Shown here in pieces: positions 48,234 to 58,116 of a stretch of DNA of 64,000 nt. Numbering within the stretch: the stretch's first letter is position 1; every line of letters starts with the position of its first letter. The stretch comes from a virus (Duplodnaviria; Caudoviricetes). The notes beneath the pieces were generated by a model. It was not told the origin of the DNA. It made no database searches and saw only the letters and a list, made by a program, of their open reading frames with translations. The position numbers and the translations under genes are program-made. The stretch spans positions 2,697 through 66,696 of the IMG/VR virus record IMGVR_UViG_3300006169_000026. One strand, 5' to 3'.

Positions 48234-48801
48234 GCCCGTCGCGCACCGCGCCGAGCTCGTCCAGGCGCCAGCGCCCGGGAGCTTCGACGAGTACGAGCAG
48301 GGGATGACGGACGTCGAGCGCCGGCTCGACGAGATCGTTCAGAAGATGCTGGCCGGCGCGTGGCTCACGGGCGTGAGCGAGCGCGTGCTCGCGAAGGAAT
48401 GGAACACGGCGCCGGGCACGGTCCGCAAGCTCGCGCAGGAAGCGTCGCGGGTAGTGCGCCGCTTCATCCGTACGGATAAGGAAGCGCAGCTCGATGCGCG
48501 CGCCGCAGTGCTCCAGACGTTCGAAGTCATCCGGGCGAAGGCGATGGCGAAGGGCGACCCGGCGTCGCTGCGCGTGGCGCTGGACGCGACCCGGGCGCTG
48601 GGCTTCTACATGGGCATCGAGCCCGCGCAGCGCCTCGACGTGACGCAACGCGATGGCGAGTTCATGGCCGGGTGGACGCCGGCGGAGAAGCTCGCGTACG
48701 CCGAGGGTGGCGAGAGCGCGCGGCGAGCTGTGCGCGCTGCGGCGAAGGCTGGCGCGCTGCCCGCGGCGAATGGCCACGACGATCCAGGGCGTGTGCATTA
48801 A
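48199..48801 (+). CDS. Putative terminase small subunit
   Basis: 200 aa, HTH-like LAKEWNTAPGTVRK, RLDVT near the C-terminus; follows the ParB/MTase block. Confidence 0.5.
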   Translation: MPKKRRAKPAREPVAHRAELVQAPAPGSFDEYEQGMTDVERRLDEIVQKMLAGAWLTGVSERVLAKEWNTAPGTVRKLAQEASRVVRRFIRTDKEAQLDARAAVLQTFEVIRAKAMAKGDPASLRVALDATRALGFYMGIEPAQRLDVTQRDGEFMAGWTPAEKLAYAEGGESARRAVRAAAKAGALPAANGHDDPGRVH

Positions 48802-48827
48802 CGCACGCCGGGTGATACCGTAGCGGC

Positions 48828-49010
48828 ATGTCGCTGCTCGGTCTGCTGGTCGCGCTGCTGGTCGTGGTGCTCATCTGCTACGTGCTGACGATGCTGCCCG
48901 TGGACGCGAAGATCGTCCGCGTGTTGCAGATCGTGGTGCTCATCGTCTTCGTCGTTTGGGTGCTCGGCGCCGTGCTCGGCGGCGGTCCGGTGATCCGGGT
49001 GGGCGACTGA
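48828..49010 (+). CDS. Small two-helix membrane protein
   Basis: 60 aa, two hydrophobic segments; TACCGT-N6-ATG. Confidence 0.75.
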   Translation: MSLLGLLVALLVVVLICYVLTMLPVDAKIVRVLQIVVLIVFVVWVLGAVLGGGPVIRVGD

Positions 49011-49591
49011 TGGCATGCAAAGTCGTGCCGTTCAGCGGGACGCGCAAAGCGCGGCGGATCGCCGAGCTCAAAGCGCGGCTCACGCCGGAGCGGCTCGCGC
49101 GAGCGCACGCGGTGGACGCAGAGCTTCACGCGGGCGGCCGTTGCACGTGCGGCGGCGAAGGGCAATGCGACTGGTGCAAGCGCACGTGCGTGCTGTGCGG
49201 TGGCCGCGCGAGCGCCATCCATCAATGCCCGGACTTCGAGACGTACGCGGAGCCCGGCGCGTTCGACGCGACGCCGCCGACCGAAGACGGACTCCGCGAG
49301 TTGATGACGCGAATCGCCGCGCCGTTCCCGCCACCGGACTTCGTCAACGGCTACCCGCTCACGGTCGACGACCCGCGGGCGTGGCCCGCGAAGACGAGCT
49401 CGCCGCTCGACGACTTGCGGGGCGCGTTCGATCGGTTCACGGCGGACATGCTCTTCGGGCCGCGCTCGTACGTCTTCACGCGAGCGCAAGTCGCGACGCT
49501 CCGCGACGTCGCGCTCGACGGCGGCGACGCGCGGGCGGCCGCGGAAGCGATGGCGATACTCGATAACGGAGAGACCAATGGCCGCAGCTGA
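49010..49591 (+). CDS. Hypothetical Cys-rich protein
   Basis: TGATG coupling; CTC..CDWC..CVLC. Confidence 0.55.
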   Translation: MACKVVPFSGTRKARRIAELKARLTPERLARAHAVDAELHAGGRCTCGGEGQCDWCKRTCVLCGGRASAIHQCPDFETYAEPGAFDATPPTEDGLRELMTRIAAPFPPPDFVNGYPLTVDDPRAWPAKTSSPLDDLRGAFDRFTADMLFGPRSYVFTRAQVATLRDVALDGGDARAAAEAMAILDNGETNGRS

Positions 49592-49775
49592 GTCACCGGA
49601 CACGCTCGTATCCCGAGCCGAGCAACTCGAAGCGAAGGCAAGCCGAATCGACCTCGGGCTCGAGCGGTATCTGCCGGGCGACGACTCGCCGAACCGGATG
49701 CGCGAGCGCGCCCGGTACCTGCGCGAGCAGGCGAAGAAGCTCCGCCGCCCCCGCCCGCCGGTGCGCTTCGGATGA
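49578..49775 (+). CDS. Hypothetical protein
   Basis: 65 aa, SD ggaga. Confidence 0.5.
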   Translation: MAAAESPDTLVSRAEQLEAKASRIDLGLERYLPGDDSPNRMRERARYLREQAKKLRRPRPPVRFG

Positions 49776-50218
49776 GCGCTCTCGAGCTTTGCCCGCTCAC
49801 GCTCGGCGAGGCTCGCGCGTTCGTCGACGCCCATCATCGCCACCACCCGGCGCCCGTCGGCGGGCTCTTCGCGATCGGCGTGATGCGCGATGAGCAGGTG
49901 GTCGGCTGCGTCATCGTCGGCCGCCCTGTCGCGCGCCGGCTCGACGGAGACTTCACCGCCGAGGTGACGCGGCTGTGTACCGACGGCTCGCGCAACGCCT
50001 GCTCGATTCTCTACGCTGCCGCCTGGCGCGCGTGCCGTGCGATGGGCTATCGACGGTTGGTCACGTACACGCTCGCGACCGAGCCCGGCGCGAGCCTGCG
50101 CGCCGCAGGCTGGCAATGCGTGGCAGAAGTCCGCGGCCGCTCCTGGTCATGTCAGACCCGCCCCCGGATCGACAAGCACCCGACGCAAGCGAAACTGCGC
50201 TGGGAGATGCACGGCTAG
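49772..50218 (+). CDS. XF1762-family (GNAT-like) phage protein
   Basis: FVDAHHRHH...IVGRPVARRLD...EVTRLCTDGSRNACSILYAAAW...GASLRAAGW. Confidence 0.75.
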   Translation: MSALELCPLTLGEARAFVDAHHRHHPAPVGGLFAIGVMRDEQVVGCVIVGRPVARRLDGDFTAEVTRLCTDGSRNACSILYAAAWRACRAMGYRRLVTYTLATEPGASLRAAGWQCVAEVRGRSWSCQTRPRIDKHPTQAKLRWEMHG

Positions 50219-50321
50219 CGCTCGACCTGCACACAACCAACGGGGCGATTGTCTGCCGGCGGTGCTACCGTGTAAGACGGAGCGAGCATTGCCCATGGTG
50301 CACGGGGCTCGAGGGTCGACG

Positions 50322-50861
50322 ATGGTGATCCCGCCGGAGCGGGTCGAGCTGGCGAAGAAGATCGCCCGCGGCTTCGTGCGCCGCATGCCGCGCTCTGTCG
50401 AGCGCGACGACCTGGAAGCGGCCGCGATGGTCGGCCTCTTCAAGGCCCTGCGCAAGCAACCCGACGGCGCCGGCGACGCCTTCGAGCACTTCGTCCGGAT
50501 GCGGATCCGGGGCGCGATTCTCGACGAGCTGCGCCGGCAGGACTGGTTGCCCCGCCGCGCGCGCCGAGAGCGCGGGCTCGTGCTCGTGCACCTGGAAGAC
50601 GTCCGCCACGACGGGCACCCGCTCGAGCTCGTGTCCGATGGCGAGAGCCCGGAGACGGCCGCGATCCGCGCGGTCGACGCGGCCGCGGTCTGGCGCAGCG
50701 ACATGCCCGAACGCGATGAGCGCGTGCTCCGCCAGTGCTTCGGCTTCGGGCAGCGGGAGCGCCTGCACGCGGACGTGGCCGCGAGCGAGGGCGTGAGCCC
50801 AGCGCGCATCAGCCAGGTGCTCGCGCACCGGCTCGACGTGCTGCGAGAGGAGTTCCGGTGA
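50322..50861 (+). CDS. FliA/WhiG-like sigma factor (short; regions 2 and 4)
   Basis: DDLEAAAMVGL, RIRGAILDELRRQDWLPR, EGVSPARISQ. Confidence 0.85.
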   Translation: MVIPPERVELAKKIARGFVRRMPRSVERDDLEAAAMVGLFKALRKQPDGAGDAFEHFVRMRIRGAILDELRRQDWLPRRARRERGLVLVHLEDVRHDGHPLELVSDGESPETAAIRAVDAAAVWRSDMPERDERVLRQCFGFGQRERLHADVAASEGVSPARISQVLAHRLDVLREEFR

Positions 50862-51259
50862 TGGATCCGAGCGCGCTCACGATGGCTGACTTCGCCGACT
50901 GCATCGAGACCGGGCCCACCCTGGGCGAGGTCGGCTTCACCGGCGACATCGAAGAGTTGCGCGAGTACCCCTGCAACTGCTTCAACTGCCGCGGCCGGCC
51001 TAACGCGGTCGCGCCCGAGCACGGCGACTGCTACCACGACGGCGAGCTCAGCTGGTGGGAGTGCTGCTTCTGTCACCGGTTCTTCGATCTCGAAGACATG
51101 GAATGCATGAGCGGCGACACGCAGGGCTGCGAGGCTTGCACCGGTGCGTGGTACGCGAAGCTCGCAGAGCACCGCGCAGCGACGGTGCCCGAGCCGCCGA
51201 GGTGCACAGGGGATGAGTGTCCGATGCTCGACGGCCCGGGCACGCCGAGCGTAGCATGA
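50861..51259 (+). CDS. Hypothetical Cys-rich protein
   Basis: TGATG coupling; multiple CxxC. Confidence 0.55.
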   Translation: MDPSALTMADFADCIETGPTLGEVGFTGDIEELREYPCNCFNCRGRPNAVAPEHGDCYHDGELSWWECCFCHRFFDLEDMECMSGDTQGCEACTGAWYAKLAEHRAATVPEPPRCTGDECPMLDGPGTPSVA

Positions 51260-51669
51260 GCGCGCTGCAACGAAGCGCGAGCTGGGCGGACTTCGTCGAC
51301 GCCCGCCGGCGCCTCGTGCACGAATGGCGAGCGCACGGCGAAGAGCCAGCGCACATCGCCCGACGGCTCGCCACCGCGCCCGAGCTCGTCGCCCTGATTC
51401 TGCGGCAGCCCGTCGATCCCCCCCAACCCGGGAGCACCCGAGCGCAGCGCGACGAATGGAAGCGGCGCGCGCTCGCCGCCGAAGCCCAGCTCCAGGGCGG
51501 GGCCACACCCGACCCGGCGGTGCCGCCGCCCACCGAGAGCGAGTTCCGCTCGCTCGCGCTGCACCCGGATCCGGAGTGCTGCGGCTGTCAGTACTGGGTA
51601 GACACGCCGCTGCCGACGATCGGCGTCGAGCACAACCCGCATTGCGAACACGCGAAGAAGCAATCATGA
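51256..51669 (+). CDS. Hypothetical protein
   Basis: ATGA overlap; HPDPECCGC...HNPHCEH. Confidence 0.55.
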   Translation: MSALQRSASWADFVDARRRLVHEWRAHGEEPAHIARRLATAPELVALILRQPVDPPQPGSTRAQRDEWKRRALAAEAQLQGGATPDPAVPPPTESEFRSLALHPDPECCGCQYWVDTPLPTIGVEHNPHCEHAKKQS

Positions 51670-51751
51670 TGACGGAGCGAGCCCTCTCGCGTCCGTAACT
51701 CCAGACCCTAAAGGCTGGCCGTGTAGTGAGGGGGCCGCACTCCAAACCGCC

Positions 51752-51940
51752 ATGCTGGTTCTCAGCCGCCGCAAAGGGCAGCGCATCATCATCGGCGACA
51801 TCGAGATCGTCGTGACCGCCGTGCACCGAAGCTCGGTCAAGCTCGGCATCACGGCGCCGCGGCGGCTCTCGATTCTCCGGGGCGAGCACGCGCCCACGAA
51901 GCCACCGCCGAAGCGTCGAAGCGTGATACCCTCGAAGTGA
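51752..51940 (+). CDS. csrA: CsrA/RsmA-family RNA-binding translational regulator
   Basis: MLVLSRRKGQRIIIGD-IEIVV....SVKLGITAPR..SILRGE is the canonical CsrA signature. Confidence 0.92.
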   Translation: MLVLSRRKGQRIIIGDIEIVVTAVHRSSVKLGITAPRRLSILRGEHAPTKPPPKRRSVIPSK

Positions 51941-51944
51941 GGGC

Positions 51945-53462
51945 GTGGCTGCACGAGCGGACGAGTATCTGGATCTCGACGATGAAGAGATCGAACGCCG
52001 AGCGTTGGCGCGGCGCAGCGCGCTCGAGGACCTGGCGGAGGACGACCTCGCCGTCTACATCGAGCTGCACTCGCCGAAGTACGAGCGGCCCGAGCATCTG
52101 CGCCCGCTGCTCGACGCGCTCGACCGCTCGATGCGCGAGCCCGTGTGGGCGCTCGTCGAGATCCCCCCGCGCTTCGGGAAGACCGAGACCATCCTGCACG
52201 GGATGGCGCGCCGGCTGCGCTACCGCGCCGCGGACCAGGTCGCCTATTGCTCGTACGCGTCCGGGCTCGCGCTCCGCAAGTCGCGCCGCGCCCGCGACAT
52301 AGCCGCGCGCTCGGGCGTCTGGGCGGAAGAAGCGCGCACCATGCTGCGCGACCGGAGCAACCCGGCGAGCGCCGTGAGCTACTGGCAAACCATCGGGGGC
52401 GGGAGCTTCACCGCCGGCGGCCGCGGCGGCAACTTCACCGGCGACGGTTACGGCATGCTGGTCTACGACGACCCGTTCAAAAACCGCGCTGAAGCGGAGA
52501 GCGAGGTCATCCAGGAAGCGGCCATCACCACGTGGCGCGGGCTCACGATCCGCGTCGAGCCGGGCGGGAGCGGCTTCATCACCCACCAGGCGTGGAACGA
52601 CGCCGATCCCATCGCGGTGATGAAAGCCGAGATGGGCACGCCAGACGGGCAGGACTGGGAGTTGATCTCGCTGCCCGCCGTCTTCGACGCGGTCTACGAC
52701 GAGAAGACCGGCGCGCTCGTCGGCGGGGTGCCGCTGTGGCCCGCGCGCTGGTCGCTCGCCGAGCTCGCCAAACGCAAGCGCCAGGCGGGGGATTACAACT
52801 GGTACTCGCAGTTCACGAACGACCGCGTGCCCGTCGGCGACCGGATCTTTCACGAGCCCGGGCGCTACACGCTCCCGACCATCGACCGCGCGGTGGTGAT
52901 CATCTCGTGCGATCCCGGCATCGAAGAAGACGAGATGAAGGACAGCTCGGGCATCGTGGTGGCGAGCTGCTACGTGCAGCCGAGCCCGTCGCATACCGCG
53001 CTGAAGCCCGACTTCGAGCTGTGTCTCGACGTGCTCGACGCCGAGGATCGTTGGTTCGGCGCCCCCGATCTGCTCGACCACCTGGAGCACCTGCAACGCG
53101 ACGTGTATCGCGGCGCCCCCGTGCTGCTCGAAGAGGTGAGCGCGTTCAAGATTTTGAGCAAGGTTGCCGTGCGGCTCAACCCGAAGCTCCGGCTCTATCC
53201 CGTGACGCCCCGCGGCTCGAAGCGGATCCGCTCGCTCCCGACGGGCGCCGCCTGGAATCAACGGCGGATCCGGGTGCCGCTGTCCTCCCCGTGGGTGCTT
53301 GACTTCCTGCGCGAATGCCAGCGCTTCACGGGGAAGGCGGGGGGCAAAGACAACCGTGTTGACGCGCTGACACAGTTGTTCGATTATGCCTCCGCTGCAT
53401 TCGCTAGCGGAGCGAGCGCGGCAAGCGGGGGCGAGGTCGAGGCGGCCCGTTCTCCGTGGTAA
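51945..53462 (+). CDS. Terminase large subunit
   Basis: EIPPRFGKTE (Walker A), LVYDDPFKN (Walker B), SCDPG and KDNRVDA nuclease motifs. Confidence 0.92.
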   Translation: MAARADEYLDLDDEEIERRALARRSALEDLAEDDLAVYIELHSPKYERPEHLRPLLDALDRSMREPVWALVEIPPRFGKTETILHGMARRLRYRAADQVAYCSYASGLALRKSRRARDIAARSGVWAEEARTMLRDRSNPASAVSYWQTIGGGSFTAGGRGGNFTGDGYGMLVYDDPFKNRAEAESEVIQEAAITTWRGLTIRVEPGGSGFITHQAWNDADPIAVMKAEMGTPDGQDWELISLPAVFDAVYDEKTGALVGGVPLWPARWSLAELAKRKRQAGDYNWYSQFTNDRVPVGDRIFHEPGRYTLPTIDRAVVIISCDPGIEEDEMKDSSGIVVASCYVQPSPSHTALKPDFELCLDVLDAEDRWFGAPDLLDHLEHLQRDVYRGAPVLLEEVSAFKILSKVAVRLNPKLRLYPVTPRGSKRIRSLPTGAAWNQRRIRVPLSSPWVLDFLRECQRFTGKAGGKDNRVDALTQLFDYASAAFASGASAASGGEVEAARSPW

Positions 53463-53481
53463 CGCGAAAGGACCGAGACCA

Positions 53482-54672
53482 ATGGGAGAAGAGACCGATC
53501 CGCCGCGGCGGTTCGTCACGAGTGTACGCGTCGACCATAAGCCGGGCGCGCCCCACGCTTACGTGACTGTGTGGATCCGCGGCGCAAACGTCGGCACGCT
53601 GTGCGTCCGCGAAGATGAAGCGGTGCCGCTCGAAGCGCTGCTGCTCGGTGACCGCGACAAGCTCGACCGGATCGCGGCCGCGGCCGATCGGGTGATGGGC
53701 ATCGACGTGCTCGCCCGCGAGCCCGAGCTCGTCGAGCGGGCGCGCGAGAGCAGCGCATGCGCCAACGGGATCCACTCGTTCTCTTACCGCCAGGGCCTGG
53801 CGGATTGCCACTGCGGAGCGCGCACGACCGTGCTGCCTGAATCGGCGCCGCGGCTGCATCGCGAGCTTACGCGCACGCCCAGGCGGCTGATCCCGATCGG
53901 GCCCGAGCGCGTCGCTTTTCTCGAGCCCGGCTCGAATGAGCCGACGTATCTCACGCCGTGGATGAGCGGCCCTCTCGATGCCATGCGCTCGCCGCTCACG
54001 CCGGACGCGACGCCGTGCCCGCCGAGTCTCGAGCTCGACGCCGCGACGATGGCCTGGGCGGTCGAGCAAGGCGTAACCGAAGCCGACGTCGCGCAACTCG
54101 TCGACACGTTTGTTGCTTACCAACGGACGACCCCAACCCGGCACACGCTCTTTGATTGGCAGAGCAAGCTCCGGGCTTGGGTCTATCGCACGTTCTCGAC
54201 GCCGCCCGAGAACGTCTTCTTCGAGAGAACTCCGGAGACGCCCGACGACGCTCGGCGGCTTCTCGCGGTCCGGCGGATGCGCGACGGGCTCGACGCGGCG
54301 GGACGGGCGTCGCAGCGGGCGCACGAGCGTCGGAGCTTCCCGCATCTCGCGGACGCGCTCGGCGACGTGAGCTCCCACGGCGAAGCTCGGGCGCAAGCTC
54401 GGGCCCGAACCGTCGTCGGGATCGACCTCGCCGCGGACGCGAGCCCGGAGACGCGAGCCGCCGTGAAGGCGTGGGAGGAGCGCTCCGTGCCGCTCGTGAC
54501 CGAAGGACGGGAGTTCCACGTCGCGCCGAGCGTGCTCGACAACCTCGACGAAATGAACGCCGGGCGCGCCGCGCGCGGGATGCCGCCGCTTGCGGTGAAG
54601 CTCACGAACGACGTACCCGGATTCGGCGCCGCCGGCGACGTGGTCGAGCTCGTGACGAAGAACGAGCCATGA
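53482..54672 (+). CDS. Mosaic hypothetical protein with a DnaT-like segment and a C-terminal L9-N-like motif
   Basis: 397 aa; WAVEQGV...FVAY...DWQSKLRAWV; VKLTNDVPGFGAAGDVVEL. Confidence 0.55.
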   Translation: MGEETDPPRRFVTSVRVDHKPGAPHAYVTVWIRGANVGTLCVREDEAVPLEALLLGDRDKLDRIAAAADRVMGIDVLAREPELVERARESSACANGIHSFSYRQGLADCHCGARTTVLPESAPRLHRELTRTPRRLIPIGPERVAFLEPGSNEPTYLTPWMSGPLDAMRSPLTPDATPCPPSLELDAATMAWAVEQGVTEADVAQLVDTFVAYQRTTPTRHTLFDWQSKLRAWVYRTFSTPPENVFFERTPETPDDARRLLAVRRMRDGLDAAGRASQRAHERRSFPHLADALGDVSSHGEARAQARARTVVGIDLAADASPETRAAVKAWEERSVPLVTEGREFHVAPSVLDNLDEMNAGRAARGMPPLAVKLTNDVPGFGAAGDVVELVTKNEP

Positions 54673-55064
54673 TGGACATCGACTTGCTTCGCCTGGCTCG
54701 CAACGAACTGCGGCTTTGGCTCCGGCAGATGCACGGCATCGAGCAGCGCAACGCGACGGTCGACGCCACTCGGTTGGACCCGCTGATCCTGGCGCTCGAT
54801 GAGCGCCTGCGCGATCGTTCCGTAAACGAGAGTGACTGCGGCGGCACTATCGGCACGTTCACTTACTGCTGCCGAAAGCACTCCGACGCGGCCGCCGCTT
54901 ACGCTCGCATCGAGCAAGCCGTGCTCGACGCGATGACCGAGTTCACGGAAGACGATCTCCGCAAGTCGATCGCCGCGTCGTCGCTCGACGACCCGAAGCG
55001 CGAAGCCCGGCTCTCGTACGCCGTGTGCGCCGCGGAGCTCCGCCGCCGAGGGCTCGAGCCGTGA
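54669..55064 (+). CDS. Hypothetical protein
   Basis: ATGA overlap, 131 aa. Confidence 0.55.
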   Translation: MMDIDLLRLARNELRLWLRQMHGIEQRNATVDATRLDPLILALDERLRDRSVNESDCGGTIGTFTYCCRKHSDAAAAYARIEQAVLDAMTEFTEDDLRKSIAASSLDDPKREARLSYAVCAAELRRRGLEP

Positions 55065-55720
55065 ACGCCGTCGACAAGCATCTCACGCGGATGTTGAGCG
55101 TCTGGCAACACACGCTCAAGTCCGCGGCGGAAGCGCACCGCGCAACCGGGCGCCGCGGCGCGATGGGCGAAGCCGACGAGTTGATCGCGAAAGCGCTCGA
55201 CCGGGCCGCGGCCGAGCTCGACGAAGCGGCAGCCGCGCGGGCCGTGTCCGCCGCCCAGCCCGCGGCGCTGGATATCGAGGGCGAATGGGTCCACGCGGGG
55301 CGCCATCCGAAAAACTGTTGGAGTTCGCTTTGCCCTGAGTGCCAGCCCGCGGGGCCTGTGCCGTGCCTCGCCGGTCTGCACACGTGCAAGCATTGCGGGA
55401 GCGGGTTCGAGAAGGACGGCCAGCCCGCGGCCCCGAGCCGCTTCGATGCCAACGCGACGGTCGACTTCACGCACGGGCCGGCGTGCGCGGAGCTTCACCA
55501 GCAACGGAACAACGCCAACCAAACCATCATCGAGAAGAACGGCGAGATCGCCCGGCTCGAAGCGCACATCCAACGGCTCGAAGCGACGTGCAGCACGGAG
55601 CTTCGGGACGCCGCGGTCGCCGCGTGCTGCGTCTGGGAGAGCCCGAACTACTCGATAGCCGAAGCCCGCCAGGCGATGCGCGAGCTACGCGCGACGCTCC
55701 CGGCTCGAAAGGACGGGTGA
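55061..55720 (+). CDS. Hypothetical Cys-rich/coiled-coil protein
   Basis: GTGA overlap. Confidence 0.5.
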   Translation: MNAVDKHLTRMLSVWQHTLKSAAEAHRATGRRGAMGEADELIAKALDRAAAELDEAAAARAVSAAQPAALDIEGEWVHAGRHPKNCWSSLCPECQPAGPVPCLAGLHTCKHCGSGFEKDGQPAAPSRFDANATVDFTHGPACAELHQQRNNANQTIIEKNGEIARLEAHIQRLEATCSTELRDAAVAACCVWESPNYSIAEARQAMRELRATLPARKDG

Positions 55721-56064
55721 TGCCGCGCGCCATCTCCTTCATGCTAACGCAGGACCAGGTGCTCGACGGCACGAAGACACAGACCCGCCGGCTCGGCTGG
55801 TCTGACACGCAAGCGGGCGACGTGCTCAACGGCGTCCGCAAAGCGATGGGCTTGCGCGCTGGCGAGAAGCAGCAGTCGCTCGGGCTCATCCGCGTGAAAC
55901 GCGTCCGGCGCGAGCGGCTCGACAAGATCACGAAGGCCGACGTCGTCGCCGAGGGCTTCCCGGATATGACGCCCGCCGAGTTCGTCGAGTTCTTCTGCAA
56001 AGCCAACAAGTGCCGGCCGGACACGATGGTGACCGTGCTCGACTTCGAAAGGATGGTCTCGTGA
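55720..56064 (+). CDS. ASCH-domain protein
   Basis: ISF.....VLDGTKTQTRR...RERLDKIT..DVVAEGF. Confidence 0.8.
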   Translation: MPRAISFMLTQDQVLDGTKTQTRRLGWSDTQAGDVLNGVRKAMGLRAGEKQQSLGLIRVKRVRRERLDKITKADVVAEGFPDMTPAEFVEFFCKANKCRPDTMVTVLDFERMVS

Positions 56065-56492
56065 ACTTCGACGAGCAAGTCGCGTCGGCGTGCAAGCTCT
56101 TCTCCCGCGTGCTCGGCGGCGCCGTCGCCGTGCCGCTCGCGGAAGACATCATGCTTTGGCTTCGCAAAGCGCGGCCCGGCCGCACGCCGTGGCGGGTCGG
56201 CTCGACGATCCCGCGCAACCTCTACGATGCCGACGACAACGACATCGGGCGGATGGACACCGCCGAACTCGCCGGGCGGGTCGTCGCCGCCGTCAACGCG
56301 GACGACGCGAGTTGGCTGGTGAAGGACTTCGACGTGCTCTACCGTAGCGCGCTCGACGTGAGCGAATCTGTGCTCGACCCGGACGGCGCGTCGCCGCCGT
56401 TGCGCCAACTCCGAGCGCAGCTCGCGCGCTTGAAGACCGCTTTCGAGCACGTCCAGTCGTTGAAGGCTTCGCTCAGGGAGCCGCGCCAGTGA
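56061..56492 (+). CDS. Hypothetical protein
   Basis: GTGA overlap; PWRVGST.PRNLYD motif. Confidence 0.5.
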   Translation: MNFDEQVASACKLFSRVLGGAVAVPLAEDIMLWLRKARPGRTPWRVGSTIPRNLYDADDNDIGRMDTAELAGRVVAAVNADDASWLVKDFDVLYRSALDVSESVLDPDGASPPLRQLRAQLARLKTAFEHVQSLKASLREPRQ

Positions 56493-56887
56493 GCGGATGG
56501 CCTCGCCCGGCGACGATCGACGCCGCGGTCCGCGAGTGCTACGCGGCGCACACGATCCTCACGAACCTCGGGTACGAGCCCGACGACATCTACGTCGGGA
56601 TCGTCCCGGTGCTCAACGCGGCGCCGAGCCCGGCGACCTGCGCCATCGTCAAGCTCGTTAGACACGACGGCGAAGCGTTCGTCTACACGGTCCGCGATCT
56701 CGCCGGCGACGAGATACCGGAGTTCAAACGGAAGTGGCTCGCGTTCGTCGCGGACAAGCCGACGATGCAACGCGCGGAGCTCGACGCCATCCTGCACGGG
56801 AGCACCGTGTGGGCTCGGAAGACAGAGCTTCTCTGGACGCTCGCTGCGAAGGGCTTTCCCATCGAGCCCGGGAAGGTCACGAATTGA
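56489..56887 (+). CDS. Hypothetical protein
   Basis: 132 aa, coupled overlaps. Confidence 0.55.
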   Translation: MSGWPRPATIDAAVRECYAAHTILTNLGYEPDDIYVGIVPVLNAAPSPATCAIVKLVRHDGEAFVYTVRDLAGDEIPEFKRKWLAFVADKPTMQRAELDAILHGSTVWARKTELLWTLAAKGFPIEPGKVTN

Positions 56888-57213
56888 GCGTCTGCCGCGC
56901 TCTCGTGCGCTGCGCGACCAACGGGTGCCGCGGCAACGCGGTCGTGCTCTGCCGCTTCCCGGTGCGGCGCAACGGGCGCGACTCGCCGTGCGGCCGCTTC
57001 GTGTGCGCGAAGTGCGCGAGCCGCGAGCGGTATTGCCCGCCGCACGCGCGCGCCGCCGGCGCCGGCGTCGTCGAGACCGTGAAGATTTGCTCGAATTGCT
57101 ACTCGGCGTCGTGCCCGGTGCCGGCCGACGGCTGGCGGTGCTCGCGCCCGGGCCCGCCGCGGATCGTGAGTGTCGCCGAGTACCGGCGCCTGATAAGCTT
57201 CGGGCTCTTATGA
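56884..57213 (+). CDS. Zinc-finger protein
   Basis: TTG start; CATNGC, CAKC, CPPH, CSNC. Confidence 0.5.
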   Translation: MSVCRALVRCATNGCRGNAVVLCRFPVRRNGRDSPCGRFVCAKCASRERYCPPHARAAGAGVVETVKICSNCYSASCPVPADGWRCSRPGPPRIVSVAEYRRLISFGLL

Positions 57214-57494
57214 AGCACCTCGTCGCCGGCTTCTGGGAAGGGCTCGCCGCCGCGGGCGTGTTGCTCATCGCGTGGGGCGTCACCGGGCTTCTCCGGATCT
57301 GGTGGCAGAAGCGCGAGCTCCGGCGCGCGTGCGGCGCCGTCTATCTCCGCACGAGCGAGCCGTTGATTCGCGGGCAACTCGTCGTCCGCAACGACGACGG
57401 CACCGTGAGAGCCGCGCGGTCGTTCGTGCAAACCGACTGGTCTGGCACGCGCAACAACCCGACCGCCGACGGCGGCACGGAAGAGAGCCCGTGA
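57210..57494 (+). CDS. Small membrane protein
   Basis: N-terminal hydrophobic helix. Confidence 0.5.
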   Translation: MKHLVAGFWEGLAAAGVLLIAWGVTGLLRIWWQKRELRRACGAVYLRTSEPLIRGQLVVRNDDGTVRAARSFVQTDWSGTRNNPTADGGTEESP

Positions 57495-57703
57495 CGACGC
57501 CCGCGAAGATCTATTGCGTGCTTTGCTTGCTGTGCGTCGCGAAGCCGAGCGTCGTGACGCTCGAGGTCTTCTTCGTGCTCTCGCTCTACGGCGTCGGGTG
57601 CGCGCTCCACATCGTTTGGCTCGGGTCGCGAATCGGCTTCCGGAGCCCGCTCGATATCGTCAACGAAGAGATGGCGCGCCAGCGCGGGAGGCGGCAGCGA
57701 TGA
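57491..57703 (+). CDS. Small membrane protein
   Basis: Hydrophobic; GTGA overlap. Confidence 0.45.
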   Translation: MTTPAKIYCVLCLLCVAKPSVVTLEVFFVLSLYGVGCALHIVWLGSRIGFRSPLDIVNEEMARQRGRRQR

Positions 57704-58116
57704 GCAACGTTCGTGAGATCGGGCACGGATCGATGTGCACGCTGCGCGCGGTCTTCATCCACTGCCCGAAGGCGCATCCCGCCTGGCATACGTACCTCGT
57801 GAGCATCGTGCATCTGCGCCCCGTCGAAGGGCTGCCGCCACCGAACCTGGCTCATCCGGATGCGAGCCACGAGATCATGATCCAGGCGATGGATCCGCGC
57901 GCGGACTTGGGCACCGATTCGCCCGCGCTGGTCCCGCCGCGCAGCGTGCTGCAGCCCCCGAACCTGGTCCATCAGCTGCGCGCGCAGAGCGACGCCCAGG
58001 CGCGCACGCTCTTCGACGCTTTCGTGCTGGCCATCGCGCAGGGCGAGCTCAGCCCGGACACCGACTTCCGGCGCTCCCAGCTCGCGTGGTTTGAACGCTG
58101 GGAGCGCGCGTCGTGA
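57700..58116 (+). CDS. Hypothetical protein
   Basis: 138 aa, AHPAWHTY..SIVHLR. Confidence 0.6.
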   Translation: MSNVREIGHGSMCTLRAVFIHCPKAHPAWHTYLVSIVHLRPVEGLPPPNLAHPDASHEIMIQAMDPRADLGTDSPALVPPRSVLQPPNLVHQLRAQSDAQARTLFDAFVLAIAQGELSPDTDFRRSQLAWFERWERAS

